Source: Octopus sinensis | Taxonomy: Eukaryota | NCBI RefSeq assembly: GCF_006345805.1 | Contig: NC_043000.1 | Location: 62,124,001-62,188,000, forward strand | DNA: 64,000 nucleotides | Direction: 5' to 3' | Shown here: positions 1 to 12,824 of the stretch, in pieces | Position numbering within the stretch: the first letter of the stretch is position 1 | Layout: every line of letters begins with the position of its first letter | Translations under genes and position numbers: made by a program | The notes under the pieces: model-generated | Database searches by the model: none | What the model was told of the DNA's origin: nothing | The model's input: the letters and a program-made list of their open reading frames with translations, nothing else

Positions 1-239
1 CTGTGGTATATATATATATGTGTGTGTGTGGGGGGTACTTTCTCCTGATATAGCATTCTTGACTTCCTCGTAACCTAACGGTCATGCAAAGGGTCCGACA
101 GAATAAGTACCAGACATAATGAATAAGTATTAGGATTAATTTGTTCAACTAAGCCCTTGAAACAAGAAAAGATTAGGTGGTGCCATTAAGTTGGACATGG
201 CCTGGGCCAATAATGGCCGAAACCTATCAAAGTATCAAA

Positions 240-320
<81 letters not shown>

Positions 321-465
321 GGAAGAAGAAGTAGAAGAAGAAGAAGAAGAAGAAGAAGAAGAAGAAGAAGAAGAAGAAGAAGAAGAAAGACAGAGGCAGA
401 GATACATATATACATATATATGTGTGTGTGTGTGCGTGTGTGTGTGTGTGTGTATGTGTGTGTGT
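240..465. repeat. Compound microsatellite (TA)n-(GA)n-(GAA)n-(TG)n
   Basis: Direct reading; explains the IY/RE/poly-R/S/F ORFs at 177-494. Confidence 0.97.
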
Positions 466-537
466 AACTTGTAGCAGCACGGAATCCGAATCAAATTTAT
501 ATATATATTAAAATTGAAGGTTCAACATGCGCCTGTT

Positions 538-995
538 TGCTAGAAAGAAGAGTTAAAACTCCCCAAAGCCACGCATCTCTCACTATGTCTAAACGTGCAC
601 AGAGAATGTAGCAAATATGCTACAGTAAAACAGTGGTTCCCGTTTGTAAAACTACAAAGAGGAGAGTAGATATCCCAGTATCAATTGATTTCGCTTTCTG
701 TTCTGAAAGACACTTAAAACGCAAACTGTTTTTAAAATTATATTTACCATTCCGTACGCGTCTGTTCGCCTGAAGGTCCCGCGACTTCCAAACGAACATT
801 AGGGAGCAAGTATAAGTTCAAAATGCAAATAAGTTATCATTATCTTTTTCAAAAATAATGATAAAGCGGCCAGCAAACGTAACCAGATAGGCAAAATATC
901 TATCAAAAGTCAGAGTACAATATGCACATGATTGCTAGAAAGAAGAGTTAAAACTCTCCAAATCCACGCATGTCTCACTATATGTAAACACGCAC
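538..995 (+). repeat. Pair of 63-bp diverged direct repeats (538-600, 933-995)
   Basis: tgctagaaagaagagttaaaactc(c/t)ccaaa(g/t)ccacgcat... occurs twice, 395 bp apart. Confidence 0.85.
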
Positions 996-1030
996 ATAAG
1001 TGAAAGAATATACATATACTTTTCTTATAC

Positions 1031-1407
1031 ATTTCTTTGTGTCGGTCATGAGATTGCGGCCATGCTGGGGCATCGTTCTCAAAGTTTAGTCGAATAAATC
1101 CACCGCAGTAATTACTTTTCCTTTTGGCTTAGTATTAATCTAACATCTCTTTTTACCGAACAGCAAAGTTGCGTCGATGTAAACAAACCAATACCTGTTG
1201 TCAAGCAATGGCTCAGGACAAACACGAACACAAAAAAACGCAGTCATTTATGTAAGTAAAAATACATTAGTTTCCGTCAACGAATTCCACTCAAAAGGCT
1301 TCAGTCAAACGGAGTCTCTGGTAAAAGACACCTGTCCAAAGTGTCACATAAGGAGACTGAACCAGAAATAAGTTCGTTGGGGAGCAAAGCCCTTAGTACA
1401 CAGCCAC
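1031..1407 (-). mobile_element. Degenerate bipartite tRNA-derived SINE (family A: tRNA head + CORE-like box + tail)
   Basis: Reverse complement of the intact copy at 48681-49141 (gcggccatgctgg, tttccgtcaacgaattccactcaaaaggc, actgaaccag). Confidence 0.7.
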
Positions 1408-1530
1408 GTTGTGTAGCAAGAAGATTGCTTCCCAAACTTATGGTTCCTGGTTCAGTCGCATTGTGTAGCACCTTGGAAGAGTGTATTCAATTATAGACCC
1501 TGGTCGACTAAAGACTTGTGAGTGTATTTG
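1408..1530 (+). mobile_element. Degenerate SINE family A head, back-to-back with the previous copy
   Basis: tggttcctggttcagtc...gcaccttggaagagtgt...aagacttgtgagtgtatttgg matches the family A head. Confidence 0.7.
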
Positions 1531-1534
1531 GGTG

Positions 1535-2300
1535 GCTGCACCGGTATGAGTATATATACTCTTATACAGTGTTCGTTCCTTTATGTATTCCCTAATCAAA
1601 AAACAACTGGAATTCCAATATGTGTTTTCTAATGTGCAGATATTCCTCTACTCACGCATAATTAAATATACTAACAATATTTTCCCTATAAGATTTTATA
1701 GGACATTGTGTATAAATGTTTTTGTATACTTATGTGCACCCCTAAACTCGTAATTTCTCTTATATTCATAATACTCAAAACTGCTCTATTACTTCAATAT
1801 TAATGCAAACCGGATACCACTATATATCCCTAGTACAAGCTAGTTCTTTACCACATATTTTTTATTTATACTAAAACATAGTTACATATAAATTAAACCC
1901 TCTTTTCTCTTTTTTTCATTCCCAGGCCATTTGTCTTCTCTACATTGTTATTTATCCGTATTTCTACATACGATAATAAATCCCTGAGCGCTTTTTCTTC
2001 ATATTTATAGCCACAGCAAGTATTTACTATCTAATAGTAATGTTAACGACTATTTTTCCGGTCTTTACTTATTTTAATACCTTATATTTAATCCATACTA
2101 ACGAATATTAGTTCTTGTGCAAACACTAATCCATTTCATGAATCTTATTCTCTCCTTAATCCATTTTGCCTCTATAACACTTGTTTACATTAACAATACA
2201 GGAACTCTTTATACACTATCTCCTCTAGTTTAACTTCATTCTCACGTATTAAATTTTTTTAATCTACACCACACTAAGTATTGCTTCTGTCAGCTCAAAT
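1535..2300 (-). pseudogene. Highly decayed Ty3/Gypsy-like pol (RT to RNase H start) remnant
   Basis: With frameshifts the minus strand gives Y(*)GYIVVSG, REITSLG, KTFIHN and YTHTGAA, in the order expected for YLGY.V, KELRSFLG, YRRFIPN and LHTDAS. Motif recognition only. Confidence 0.4.
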
Positions 2301-2317
2301 CTTAATTCAAATATATA

Positions 2318-2543
2318 TTTCTTTATTGCCCACAAGGGGCTAAACATAGAGGGGACAAACAAGGACAGACGAACGGATTAAGTCGATTACATCGACTCCA
2401 TTACGTAACTGGTTCTTAATTTATCGACCCCGAAAGGATGAAAGGCAAAGTCGACCTCGGCGGAATTTGAACTCACAACGTAACGGCAGAAGAAATACGG
2501 CTACGCATTTCGCCCGGCGTGCTAACGTTTCTGCCAGCTCGTC
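2318..2543 (-). mobile_element. tRNA-derived SINE family B, full length, with 17-bp TSD
   Basis: Head gagctggcagaaacgttagcacgccgggcgaaatgc and gcctttcatcctttcggggtcgataaat box. TSD atcttaattc(a/g)aatata at 2299-2315 and 2546-2562. Confidence 0.9.
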
Positions 2544-3178
2544 ATATCTTAATTCGAATATAACCATGCTTTTCCATTGGACATTTCTATACAATCTTTT
2601 CCCTACACGACATATTTGGTGTTAGAATTTCTAATCTCCTTACTCGTCTATAGAGGGAACATCTCTAAAACATCTCTCACTTATAGTTTCAAATAACCGT
2701 TATAGCCTTTAGTTTTAGTTAATACCTAACTGGACTCACACAAATCTTTCTTCCTCATAAGGATAAATATGTATCTCCTAGATTCTCTTCTGCTTTTTCC
2801 TTTCTCAAATCCTCTGTAAAAATGTTGCTTATAATTCTTGTACTGAAGAGTACAGTGATATATAATTAATTTAATTTGATTTAATCTACCATGAATTTGC
2901 ATGATTTTCATATCGCTATACGAAACGGTCGTCCGCATGAATGAAAATTCCCTTAAATATTTTAACACCTTCTCTTCTCCATTTTTATCGAAATTGTTGA
3001 GCTTTATGGGATTCCTTTCCATAAATTCACAACACACCGTATACAAGTATTATTTTCATAATCGCAATTTTACGCCAGTAATGCTACCAGCAAAATATGA
3101 AGAATCTATAGTAGAAATCTTTGTTTTGGAAACCTCCAAATTAAAAGACGAATCTAATTCAACCTTTTTACACACACG

Positions 3179-3214
<36 letters not shown>

Positions 3215-3274
3215 AGCAAGAAATGAATAAATGAATGAAAGAACATATGTGTGTATGTGTTTGTTTTTTTCGTT

Positions 3275-3490
3275 TTTTTCTTTTACTTCTTTCAGTCATT
3301 CGACTGAGGCTATGCCGGAGTACCGACTTGAAGCATTTAGTCGAACAAATCGACCCAGAACTTATTTTCTTTAATCTTAGTACTTACTCTATTGGTCTCC
3401 CCACCGAACCACCAATATGCGCAGACACACAGTAATACTGGCTATCAAGCGGAGATGGGGGGAACAAACACAGGCACAAAAATATACACA
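3275..3490 (-). mobile_element. SINE family A tail fragment
   Basis: cagtcattcgactgaggctatgccggag...tagtacttactctatt matches the reverse complement of the family A tail. Confidence 0.7.
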
Positions 3491-3722
3491 CATATACATA
3501 CACATACTCACACACACGCACAGATGTATATACGTATGTGTGTATTTGTGTGTGTGTGTATATGTGTATGTATATGTAAGTATATATGTATATAAATATA
3601 CATATATATACATACACATACACATATATATATGCGTGTGTATTTGTGCGTGTGTGTGTTTGTGTGTGTGTTTTTTTGTGTTGTGTGTGTTTGTGTGTGT
3701 GAGTGTGTGCGTGTGTATATGT
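3490..3722. repeat. Mixed (CA)/(TA)/(TG) microsatellite
   Basis: Direct reading. Confidence 0.95.
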
Positions 3723-4939
3723 GTTGCATATTGTGTTTGAACACATTTCTGCTTTCTTTGGCAGGCTGTGTCGGTGCGAATTTGGCAGTGGTTGTTCCAA
3801 ATAGATTGTTTACTAGTTTTATTGAGAACGTATGCATGGTTTCAACTACTACATGCTTCAAATTGGAATATAGCACTTCTTATGCGTTGGTGTATGCAAT
3901 GTATGTAATTATCGATTTCTATGTTCCTTTGTGAATTGCACACATCTCATTGTCTTAAAACTCAAGTCATGGACTTTACTAGTTCAAATTTCCAGATAAT
4001 ACCATTCGGTAATTCATTTCAATACTTGTCATATCTACAACTGTTGCCATGAGATAGAAAGCAGCTTTCTCCTGCTAGAATGTGAATGTAACACTACCAG
4101 CGTGATGTTTCCATACTTTCATTCGAACAAATCATTATCTATTGTAAATATATGTAGGATCTGCTCCTTAGTTCAGTCTGTGATAAAAACACACAAAAAA
4201 ATTAGAAATGCACTCTCCTATATAGATTGTCTTCATCGATTATAGCTTTCTCATGAGATTTTTGAATTTTTGTCTTTTTCGTGATGGCGTACTTTGTCTG
4301 GTAGAAAATATTTTCTGACTGACTTCATTAGATTAGAAGCATCATACCAAGAGATGCATCATTGACATTCATTCAGTTTAGTTCGACAGAATCTATTTAT
4401 ATCCTCAGTTGCAAAAATCACTATGGAAACTAGTTATTAATCATGGAGATCTTTATTGGAAACACTAAAAATATACATTTTTGAAATAATAAATACTTGC
4501 TTGTAAAAAAAAATCATTATAGTTTTCCATTAACTTTTACCTTTTGTGCTCGACTGCTGAAACAACTCTTCTCTCTTTATCTCTTTCTTTATATTTAACA
4601 TTTCGATTCCCCGCTGTTTTGCTCTCCATTTCTTCATATGTTTGTACGAAACAGTAAATTAAAACGTGCTTGTTGTCACAAAGAATGGAAAAAATCTAGT
4701 GTTTCATATATTAGTCACTCGTCAGAGAAAATCAGTGTCAAGACTGATAGCAATGTTGCAAAACTGTCAGAAACGTTAGATGTTTCATCTTTCACAGCGT
4801 AACAACACATTGTAATTTTTTTTACAACCTTTGATGAATCGACTTTTGCTAACGCACACCACCACTGGTTTCCACGGAAACTGGATTTTACCTAATTCAG
4901 CAAATATATATATATATATTGACTTCGATTCCTTTAAAT

Positions 4940-5230
4940 CAAGTTAGGTCGCATGCGCCGATATAGCGCGTTGCTGCATCCACTATTTTTCTGTATATCC
5001 GTGTCCTCCCAGGTGACCCGTTGAGCTCAGTCCCGGTCTGTCCTCCTCATCCACCGATATCATATCGATATGGTATGTGGTCGTCCAACATGTGTGGTGA
5101 AACCATCCACATACTTTTATAAACCGATATATCAATTTTAAATCTGGTTTTGTTATTCATCTGATGATGGTTTACAAGCTGGAGCTGAGGATATTCGATG
5201 GAATAGGCAACCTCTACAAACTTTTATATT
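4940..5230 (-). mobile_element. Decayed RTE-clade LINE 3' end
   Basis: Minus-strand frameshifted VGRPHT...IDMIS...EDTDI(R)KIVDAATR resembles the RTE ORF C-terminus (GRP.TT.ID...EDR..WR..V). Confidence 0.5.
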
Positions 5231-5773
5231 TCATCTTTAAAAAATTAATTTCCGCTGCAACCAAACTCAACACACTGAAAGTATTATTTCAACAGGAAGC
5301 AACACGTTAAATGCGACAATACTTTCCGGGGTGTTCATTGATGTAAGATAAATTCTTGTAGTAATTTTTTGGTGGAAAATTGTTCACGATGTAGTTTCAC
5401 ACTTGCTAGATCAAATTCTGTTCACACATCACCCCTGAGTGAATCAAATGAAAAGTAACAATTAAATATATAAAATTTTCTTTTATAAACAAATATATTT
5501 TCACTTAAACACACTTCAGATATAATTCTAAATGATATAATTATAAAGTAAATAGGAATATTTAATACAAATATAATGCACAAATATATTTTACAGATAT
5601 ACTGAAATCAGACACTGTGACATATCGCAGTGCCTGGCGATACTCACCCAAATGAATTTACAAATATAAAAGGTAGCTAGAAAAACTTGAGCAAACTAAA
5701 TTATTTACAAATGCAATAATTTACAAAATATAATTTTCCCAAGTTCATTTAATGTTCATTTAAGTTGTTTTCT

Positions 5774-5824
<51 letters not shown>

Positions 5825-5829
5825 TTATA

Positions 5830-5868
<39 letters not shown>

Positions 5869-5871
<3 letters not shown>

Positions 5872-6027
5872 AGTGGGTGTGGTGGTAAGTAACTTGCTTA
5901 CTAACCACAAGGTTCCGGGTTCAGTCTCACTGCATGGTACCTTGGGCAAGTGTCATCTACTATAGCCTCGAGCCGACCAAAGCCTTGTGACTGTATTTGG
6001 TTGACGGAAACTGAAAGCAGCCTGTCT
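5869..6027 (+). mobile_element. SINE family A head between (CT)n/(TA)n and (TG)n tracts
   Basis: ggttccgggttcagtctcactgc...ccttgggcaagtgtc...gacggaaactgaaag. Confidence 0.85.
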
Positions 6028-6060
6028 TATGTGTGTGTGTGTGCGTGTGTGTGTGTTTGC

Positions 6061-6135
<75 letters not shown>

Positions 6136-7029
6136 CTGAATCGATAGGCTTGTACCACTAGCTCATGCGGTAACGTGATCCAAACAAAAGCAGTGGCAAC
6201 CGGGGCAGAGTATAACGCTCGTGCTAACTTACTAACTGTGTAACAAGCAGAATTATAACATGATATTTGTAATGGATTTTCCTCCGTGCTTCAATTTATT
6301 TCCCATTTTGATAATAACTGTGAGACAAGTCACACAAGCCAGACAAAACAATATATTTCAACATTGCTCTCTGCACCAATTTCAATTAGTCTATGCTTTT
6401 GTACAGATCATTTATACATCCCAGATTTGACATATAATGCTCATAGTATCTAAATTATTGATCTTCGTCCAGTAGTTTGTTCCCCCAGAAAGTATATGTT
6501 TCTTTAAAATGTACTGATGTTTTTATGCAGTATGTTACCAATAACTCTACAATTTCCATTCTCGATCAATTCGTATTCCCACATTGATAAATGGTTGTCT
6601 ATCTAAGTGCATAAAATTCATATCAGAAAAGTTAACTATCAATACCATATTATGTTTTTAGAAATATGTCCCTGGAGAATATTATTTCTCTTCTTTAATT
6701 ACTATCGTCACTACTGAAATCTTCCAACTTATCTGGTACACTGTAAACTTACTCGAAAACACATTTGCCACACTTTATATCATAGCCTCACTTCAACTTA
6801 GACATTGATCGCTGAGTATAAAATTTAAACTTATTCACAAATTATGTTTTATCGATATTTTGGGTGACAGAACACTGAAATAATCTCGTTCAAAGAGTTG
6901 AAAAGGGTCGATATAAAATAGAAATAAATAATTACTTGTAAAGATAAAATATAATATTGTATACTCTATAAATATATTAAGCTAGGCATAAGCTTACCTA
7001 TAAGTATATGTAATTTCAGTTTGAAAATA

Positions 7030-7427
<398 letters not shown>

Positions 7428-7881
7428 GTGTTTTAAGCAAGATCTTAAACATAACTATATTCTCAATTTTCCAAGCTTAATAACTATATATTTGATAGTA
7501 TATCGACGTTTGCTACACATGATAACGAATTATGGAAATGAGACTTAGTTGCAAATAGTAAAATTATAAGAATCGAGAGTGTTCTGAATAGAATGCATTA
7601 AAAATATATAAAATTAACATTAAAATGTTAGTTATGTTTTTTATTTAAGTAGATAATTTTCATTTATTCCATAGGTAGTTATGTATTACAGATGAAGAAA
7701 AATTGGATTCAAAGATGTTCATAACTTACCCCCAAAGCGGTATAACTTAAGGGAGGTAATAAACCTTCAAGTCAAAATATAAACTAGATAATATAAAGAA
7801 AAGAAACTTGACGCTAGCACTCCAGAAAAAAAAATCAATACTTTACAAAACATCTCACATTTTTAACAAGAGAGAGAGACA

Positions 7882-7926
<45 letters not shown>

Positions 7927-8659
7927 ATTCAGGACTTAAAAGAGAGGTAGGAATGCTTCTTAGTGAATTAGGTGATGAAACGAAAACGATTTTTTATTTG
8001 GGACAGGATAATGAGAGGTTACGTTACCATTAATCAAATAATTGACTAAGTAGAAATAACTGTAATTTCAACATAATTTCAACATAAGCAAAATTCACAA
8101 AATATGAAGGGGGCGTTTAGTCGATCGAATCGACCCGACCACGACCCACACCCACATCAATATAAAAATTAAAATAAAAACAATAAGAAAAAATGATAAC
8201 CAATAAATAAAAGATTATCAGATTCTTTTATTATGGAAATGAAATGTTACCGTTATTAACAAGCAACATGTAAAGTATAGAGCCGATGATTACATTACTA
8301 TATAGCTATTGATTGAATTTTATCTGACCAAATCAAGGAAAGGCAAAAGTTTGCAAGTAACATTCTGTAACCGAAAGCACCCTCTTTTGTTCTTGGAAAC
8401 CTGCCCTTAATGAGCCCACCCAGTTAATTCTTATCAGGCTACTTAAATAGTAACCTCTTAACGTTCTTTCACTTCAGTCCTTCCTTTACATATTCGATTG
8501 TAATCATGTAACAGGTAATCGTTATATGTAGCAAGATAAAGGCGAAAGATGAAAATAAGTTCGAGAACTGAGGCTGCAGGGGTGCATCCTTTAAAATGAT
8601 GGGAGGAATTAAAAACGCTTTGAACATCCTGAGTTCAGCCTCGGTTTGCACCCACTAAA

Positions 8660-9075
8660 TTCCTACCATATTCTGAGCGCCTTGTTTCCCTGGGCATGGA
8701 TTCACTGAAGCTCCGGCGTCTGGCGACGGACTTGGTAAACACCCACAAAGTTATCAACCACCTCACCAACAACAACACTGAACACCTTTTTGATCTCCAT
8801 GTGTCTAACACACGTGGACATGCCTACAAAGTCAGAAAACAACACAGCTCCCATGACTTTCGGAAACATTTTTTCACGCTCAGAGTTGCTGAAGCATGGA
8901 ATAAACTGCCTGCGTCAGTTGTTGACTGCCATGACACTGCATCCTTTAAGGCCCTCATGCTTTCCGAAATCCGCCGAAACTACACCTGATTATATATACA
9001 CTTTAGATGAGTTGTAGTGCACCTGAGCACTGTACACAATTATTATTATTATTATTATTATTGTTATTATTATTA
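8660..9075 (+). mobile_element. 5'-truncated CR1-clade LINE (ORF2 C-terminus + 3'UTR + (ATT)n tail)
   Basis: LPYSERL...LKLRRL..DL...TRGHAYK...RKHFFTLRV.EAWNKLP.SVV...FK (ORF 8696-8989), followed by a short UTR and an ATT tail. Confidence 0.9.
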
Positions 9076-10214
9076 AATAATGCACTTATGAAAAGGAACG
9101 GGTTAACTTTACTGGTATGTTGCTAAGGTTGCAGCATTTGTAAGAGATAAAAACCTCACACACAGGAGCTGTTAGATTGTTGTGATACTGAGATGTTATG
9201 ACTGATTAAAAAAGATTATGTACCAAGATATAGTACCATAGTTGTTGTGTATACAATTGTTCCTACAAATACACTGACGTATAAGCGTAAGTATAAGTAC
9301 TTTTGACGTTAATGCCTTGAAATGCTCATATGTACTAGTAAAATTTACGAGAGTAAATAGAAGCTCAGTATCTTTGTTACAAGTCATACAAGTAATATAA
9401 ACACTGTACATAAAACAATAACCTCCTCGATCCTTTATTTTTCAGGCAAAAATGGTTTCCTTCTGATATACTTCCTCCCTCTCTCTCACTTTCTCTCTCT
9501 CTCTTTATATCTATGTGTGTGTATATCTGTATGTTTGTGTGTATATATATATATATATATATATGTGTACGTTAGTTGACAAGTATATATGTACATATAT
9601 GAATGTTTATACGCGCACGCTTGTAAACACGTGCGCGCGTAGCTGTGTGTAACAGGCGCACACGAATGCACATACACACACATACATATACATATGTGTG
9701 TGTCTGACTGTTTTACTTAGTTCAAACATCAACTGACATAAAACTGAAAACGCTGCTATAACGGATAAAATATATTTATTACATTGAATTATCGATAGTC
9801 AACTCAGAGTTGCGTTTTAGGCTGACCTGCTCCCGACAGCAAGTTGAGGAATAAAATTGGCAGTTTATATGAGGGAGTATTGACCCTAGACGGATAACGT
9901 CGACTAGGTGATGAATGTCTTTGAATATTCATTTATTGTGTTGAACTTTCAAGTAAGAGAAAGCCATTGCTAATGTCTACAAATGAATGTTTTATGCCTG
10001 TGTTTAATTCTATTCAAATCTGCTGTCAATAAATTTACGTAAAATTATTAAAAGAAGGTTATATTTTGCGGCAGGACCTTTGTGGTACTTTAAGCAAAAG
10101 GATTTATTTGATATTGTCAAAACGAGATTAAACTTTCGTGATGGTTAGTTATTCTAGTTCAGATGTAGAATTTCTACAGAACTAAAGTTTAGATAGAGCT
10201 GTAAATTACCTTCG

Positions 10215-10401
10215 CAGTCATTTGACTGCGGCCATGCTAGAGCACTGTCTTCAATCAAAGAAATCGACCCCAAGACTTATTCTTTGTAAACCTAGTACCT
10301 ATTCTATCGGTCTCTTTTGCCGAACCGATAAACACACCAACATCGATTGTCAAGCGATGCTGGAGAACAAACACAGAACACAAACATATACTCATACATA
10401 T

Positions 10402-10447
<46 letters not shown>

Positions 10448-10449
10448 AT

Positions 10450-10509
<60 letters not shown>

Positions 10510-10673
10510 GAAGGGCTTCTTTCAGTTTCCGTCTACAAAATCCACTCACAAGGCTTTGGTCGGCCCGAACCTATAGTAGAAGACACTTGCCCAAGGTGCC
10601 ACGCGGTGGGGCTGAACCCGGAACCATGTGGTTGGTAAGCAAGCTAGTTACCACACAGCCACTCCTGCGCCTA
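10215..10673 (-). mobile_element. Full-length SINE family A with internal (TA)n
   Basis: Head ggcgcaggagtggctgtgtgg, internal microsatellite and tail ...gcatggccgcagtcaaatgactg, all on the minus strand. Confidence 0.92.
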
Positions 10674-10696
10674 CTGTATATATATATATATATATA

Positions 10697-10813
10697 TCAC
10701 CGTGATCACCGTGACCGACCAGGCTATCAGATGTTGTTACACATCGCTGGTCACAATGCGCTTCGCATTGTTTTAGCCTTCAAATGACGCCACCCCACTG
10801 GCTAAGCGAGCAG
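10697..10813 (-). mobile_element. SINE 3' tail fragment (tail type 3)
   Basis: caccgtgatcaccgtgaccgaccaggctatcagatg...gctaagcgagcag. Recognised as an octopus SINE tail from recall; no second copy in the window. Confidence 0.55.
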
Positions 10814-11394
10814 ATATTAAAATTAATATTAATTTATCTCGATCATTATTTAAATATTGAAATAAATACGTTCTCTAGTAGTAAGCACCAACCGCAGTGA
10901 ATTATTTACTGCAGCCCTTCGCCTTAGGAATTTCTTAGCGCGCCAGAACCAAGACATTTGAAATTTTATCCCTAGTGTAATCGGTAAAACTAAGCACGTG
11001 TCTATCCTGGCACGGAAAGCTGGGGTTAGTTTTTCAGTTTACATTTACAATGAACGAATGCACTGAAGAAGCACGGACATTTGAATTACGTAAGTAATTC
11101 TTTTGTTAAAGGCCGAAACCGAGGTATGCATTTAATTCTGTTTTTTATATAAATTTTCATCTGTCCTGCCCGCCAAATTTGGTTCTGGTGTTCGCTGAAT
11201 TTTTCCTCTAGAGAATTTCCTTGTAGTTTGATCGTTGATGATCTGTTTCTAGCATACGGCCGACTTCCTAGCAGTAAGCCCTGCCAATATACACATATAT
11301 TAGAATTTTCTCTGACTTCTCAGATTTTTTGTATGCTGGACTACTGGTTTTAAATTGATATTAAAATTAATATTAATTTATCTCCCTCATTATT

Positions 11395-11401
<7 letters not shown>
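10813..11401 (+). mobile_element. Retrozyme-like element: 544-bp monomer plus 45-bp terminal redundancy, circularly permuted relative of 13877-14959
   Basis: 10813-10857 = 11357-11401 (43/45 nt). Contains a hammerhead. Block homology to the dimer (gcgcgc..catttgaa..tgtaatc..cacgtgt..ctgg.gt; ctggactactggtttt vs ctgggccacttggtgtt). Confidence 0.75.
11056..11133 (+). ncRNA. Type I hammerhead ribozyme with extended helix II (predicted cleavage after GUA, 11126)
   Basis: Stem I AAUGCA(11057-62)/UGCAUU(11127-32). Core CUGAAGA(11063-69). Helix II capped by GAAUUAC-GUAA-GUAAUUC. GAAA(11115-18). Helix III AC-CGAG-GU. H17=A. Confidence 0.8.
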
Positions 11402-11465
<64 letters not shown>

Positions 11466-12824
11466 GTATAAGGGTGGATACATGCACACACACGCACACA
11501 TATATATTGTACGCACGCATAATATATATGTGTCTGTATGCGTGTATGCATGTATGGATAAATTGTGTGTCTGTGCTTGTGCGCGCGAGAGAGTTGTGTG
11601 TGTGTGTATACTCTCACACAAATATTTATCATATCATGTCGTGACTGTTTCTGTGAACATTTTCACAAAAAATTATTTCATAATATCTGTAACAAATTGA
11701 ATTTTATACACAATGAACATGGTAGCTATTCGGCTGGCCTCCCTGTGTAGTTATTTTCAATTGAAAAACCGCTGCGAAATAAAAGCCTTTTACATGGTAA
11801 GAAGCTGTCTAACCGATACTACATTAACAGCTGCTCGTATTATCAATACATGATATCTTTAATTCTTCTATTTTATATTCCTTGTCGCTCATACTTGCTT
11901 CTCATTAACCTCACTTTTCCTTTCCCCTTTCTCTAATAATCCTATATCTGTTTTCTTTATCGCTATGGGCATAGACAACAGCTATTTTAAAAATACAGAT
12001 AGTTTTTATAGTGTTATTATTCTCTCACTTTATTCGATATTTCGTTATGATGTGTTTCAATTGTTACTCTCCATAGGAAATTAATGTAATAAATTTTGGG
12101 TTTAATATGACTTAAATTACAGATGGCTAGAAACATAAACCCAACAACTAATATTATTACGAAATAAAATCATGTGTCGTGCATGGTAAATATAACGTAA
12201 CAATAAAGTGAAATAAATATTGGCACTCTCCATACTATCCTCTCTTAATATATAATATCTCGTGATCAAGATCATTCTCAACTTATACGCAATTTTTAAT
12301 TTTATCGACAAGAAGACTGTTACTACTCAAAACTTGTACAGTATAACATAGATATGCTTCGGTGGAGTTGCACTATCTGTCTTGAAATATATAAGCAATA
12401 AAGTGACCAGAACTAATATGTTTAACCATTAGGTCTAATTTCTCAAGACACTGTAAATATATCTATTTATCATACACACTATATTGGTACTCGACTCTTT
12501 AATGCCAGGCCGTTAGTTTTGTACTGTTATAAGTTGTGACAGAAAAGTAGTGTTCGATAGACTAGAAAACAAACTTAATTAGCCGTGAAGACCATAATAA
12601 TTGTTAGCTTAGTTTTTATTGAAAACTACCGAAAAAATACCCATTGTCTAACTAAGAATTTAAATTCTGCTGCGTGATTGGTACACATAGATGTGATTGT
12701 TTGCATGTTTATTCTTAATTACTTACAGCTCAAATAAATACATACCATTTTCTTAATGAAATTGTAAATGGATTTCGAGTCTGAGACAGGCCATGCAATA
12801 CATAATACATACATACATACATAC

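Noticed and set aside
177-494. Numerous 60-184 aa ORFs rich in IY, CV, HT, poly-L/K/E/S/V here and throughout the window
   Set aside because: They are translations of (TA)n, (TG)n, (CA)n and trinucleotide microsatellites, not genes.
3725-4178. Good minus-strand acceptor at 4178 (tttttatcacag)
   Set aside because: All three frames close within 13 codons; it could only be a UTR or terminal exon and has no support.
4700-4730. CUGACGA...GAAAC on the minus strand
   Set aside because: No credible stem II, helix III or NUH triplet; chance match.
5013-5072. Plus-strand 60-nt exon-like segment (cag|...|gtatgt; GDPLSSVPVCPPHPPISYRY)
   Set aside because: Better explained as the antisense of a decayed RTE LINE 3' end.
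11038-11089. Apparent first coding exon (ttttcag|...ATG MNECTEEARTFEL |gtaagt)
   Set aside because: The 'donor' is the GUAA apical loop of hammerhead helix II and the segment belongs to the repeat family. Cryptic splicing cannot be excluded without RNA-seq.
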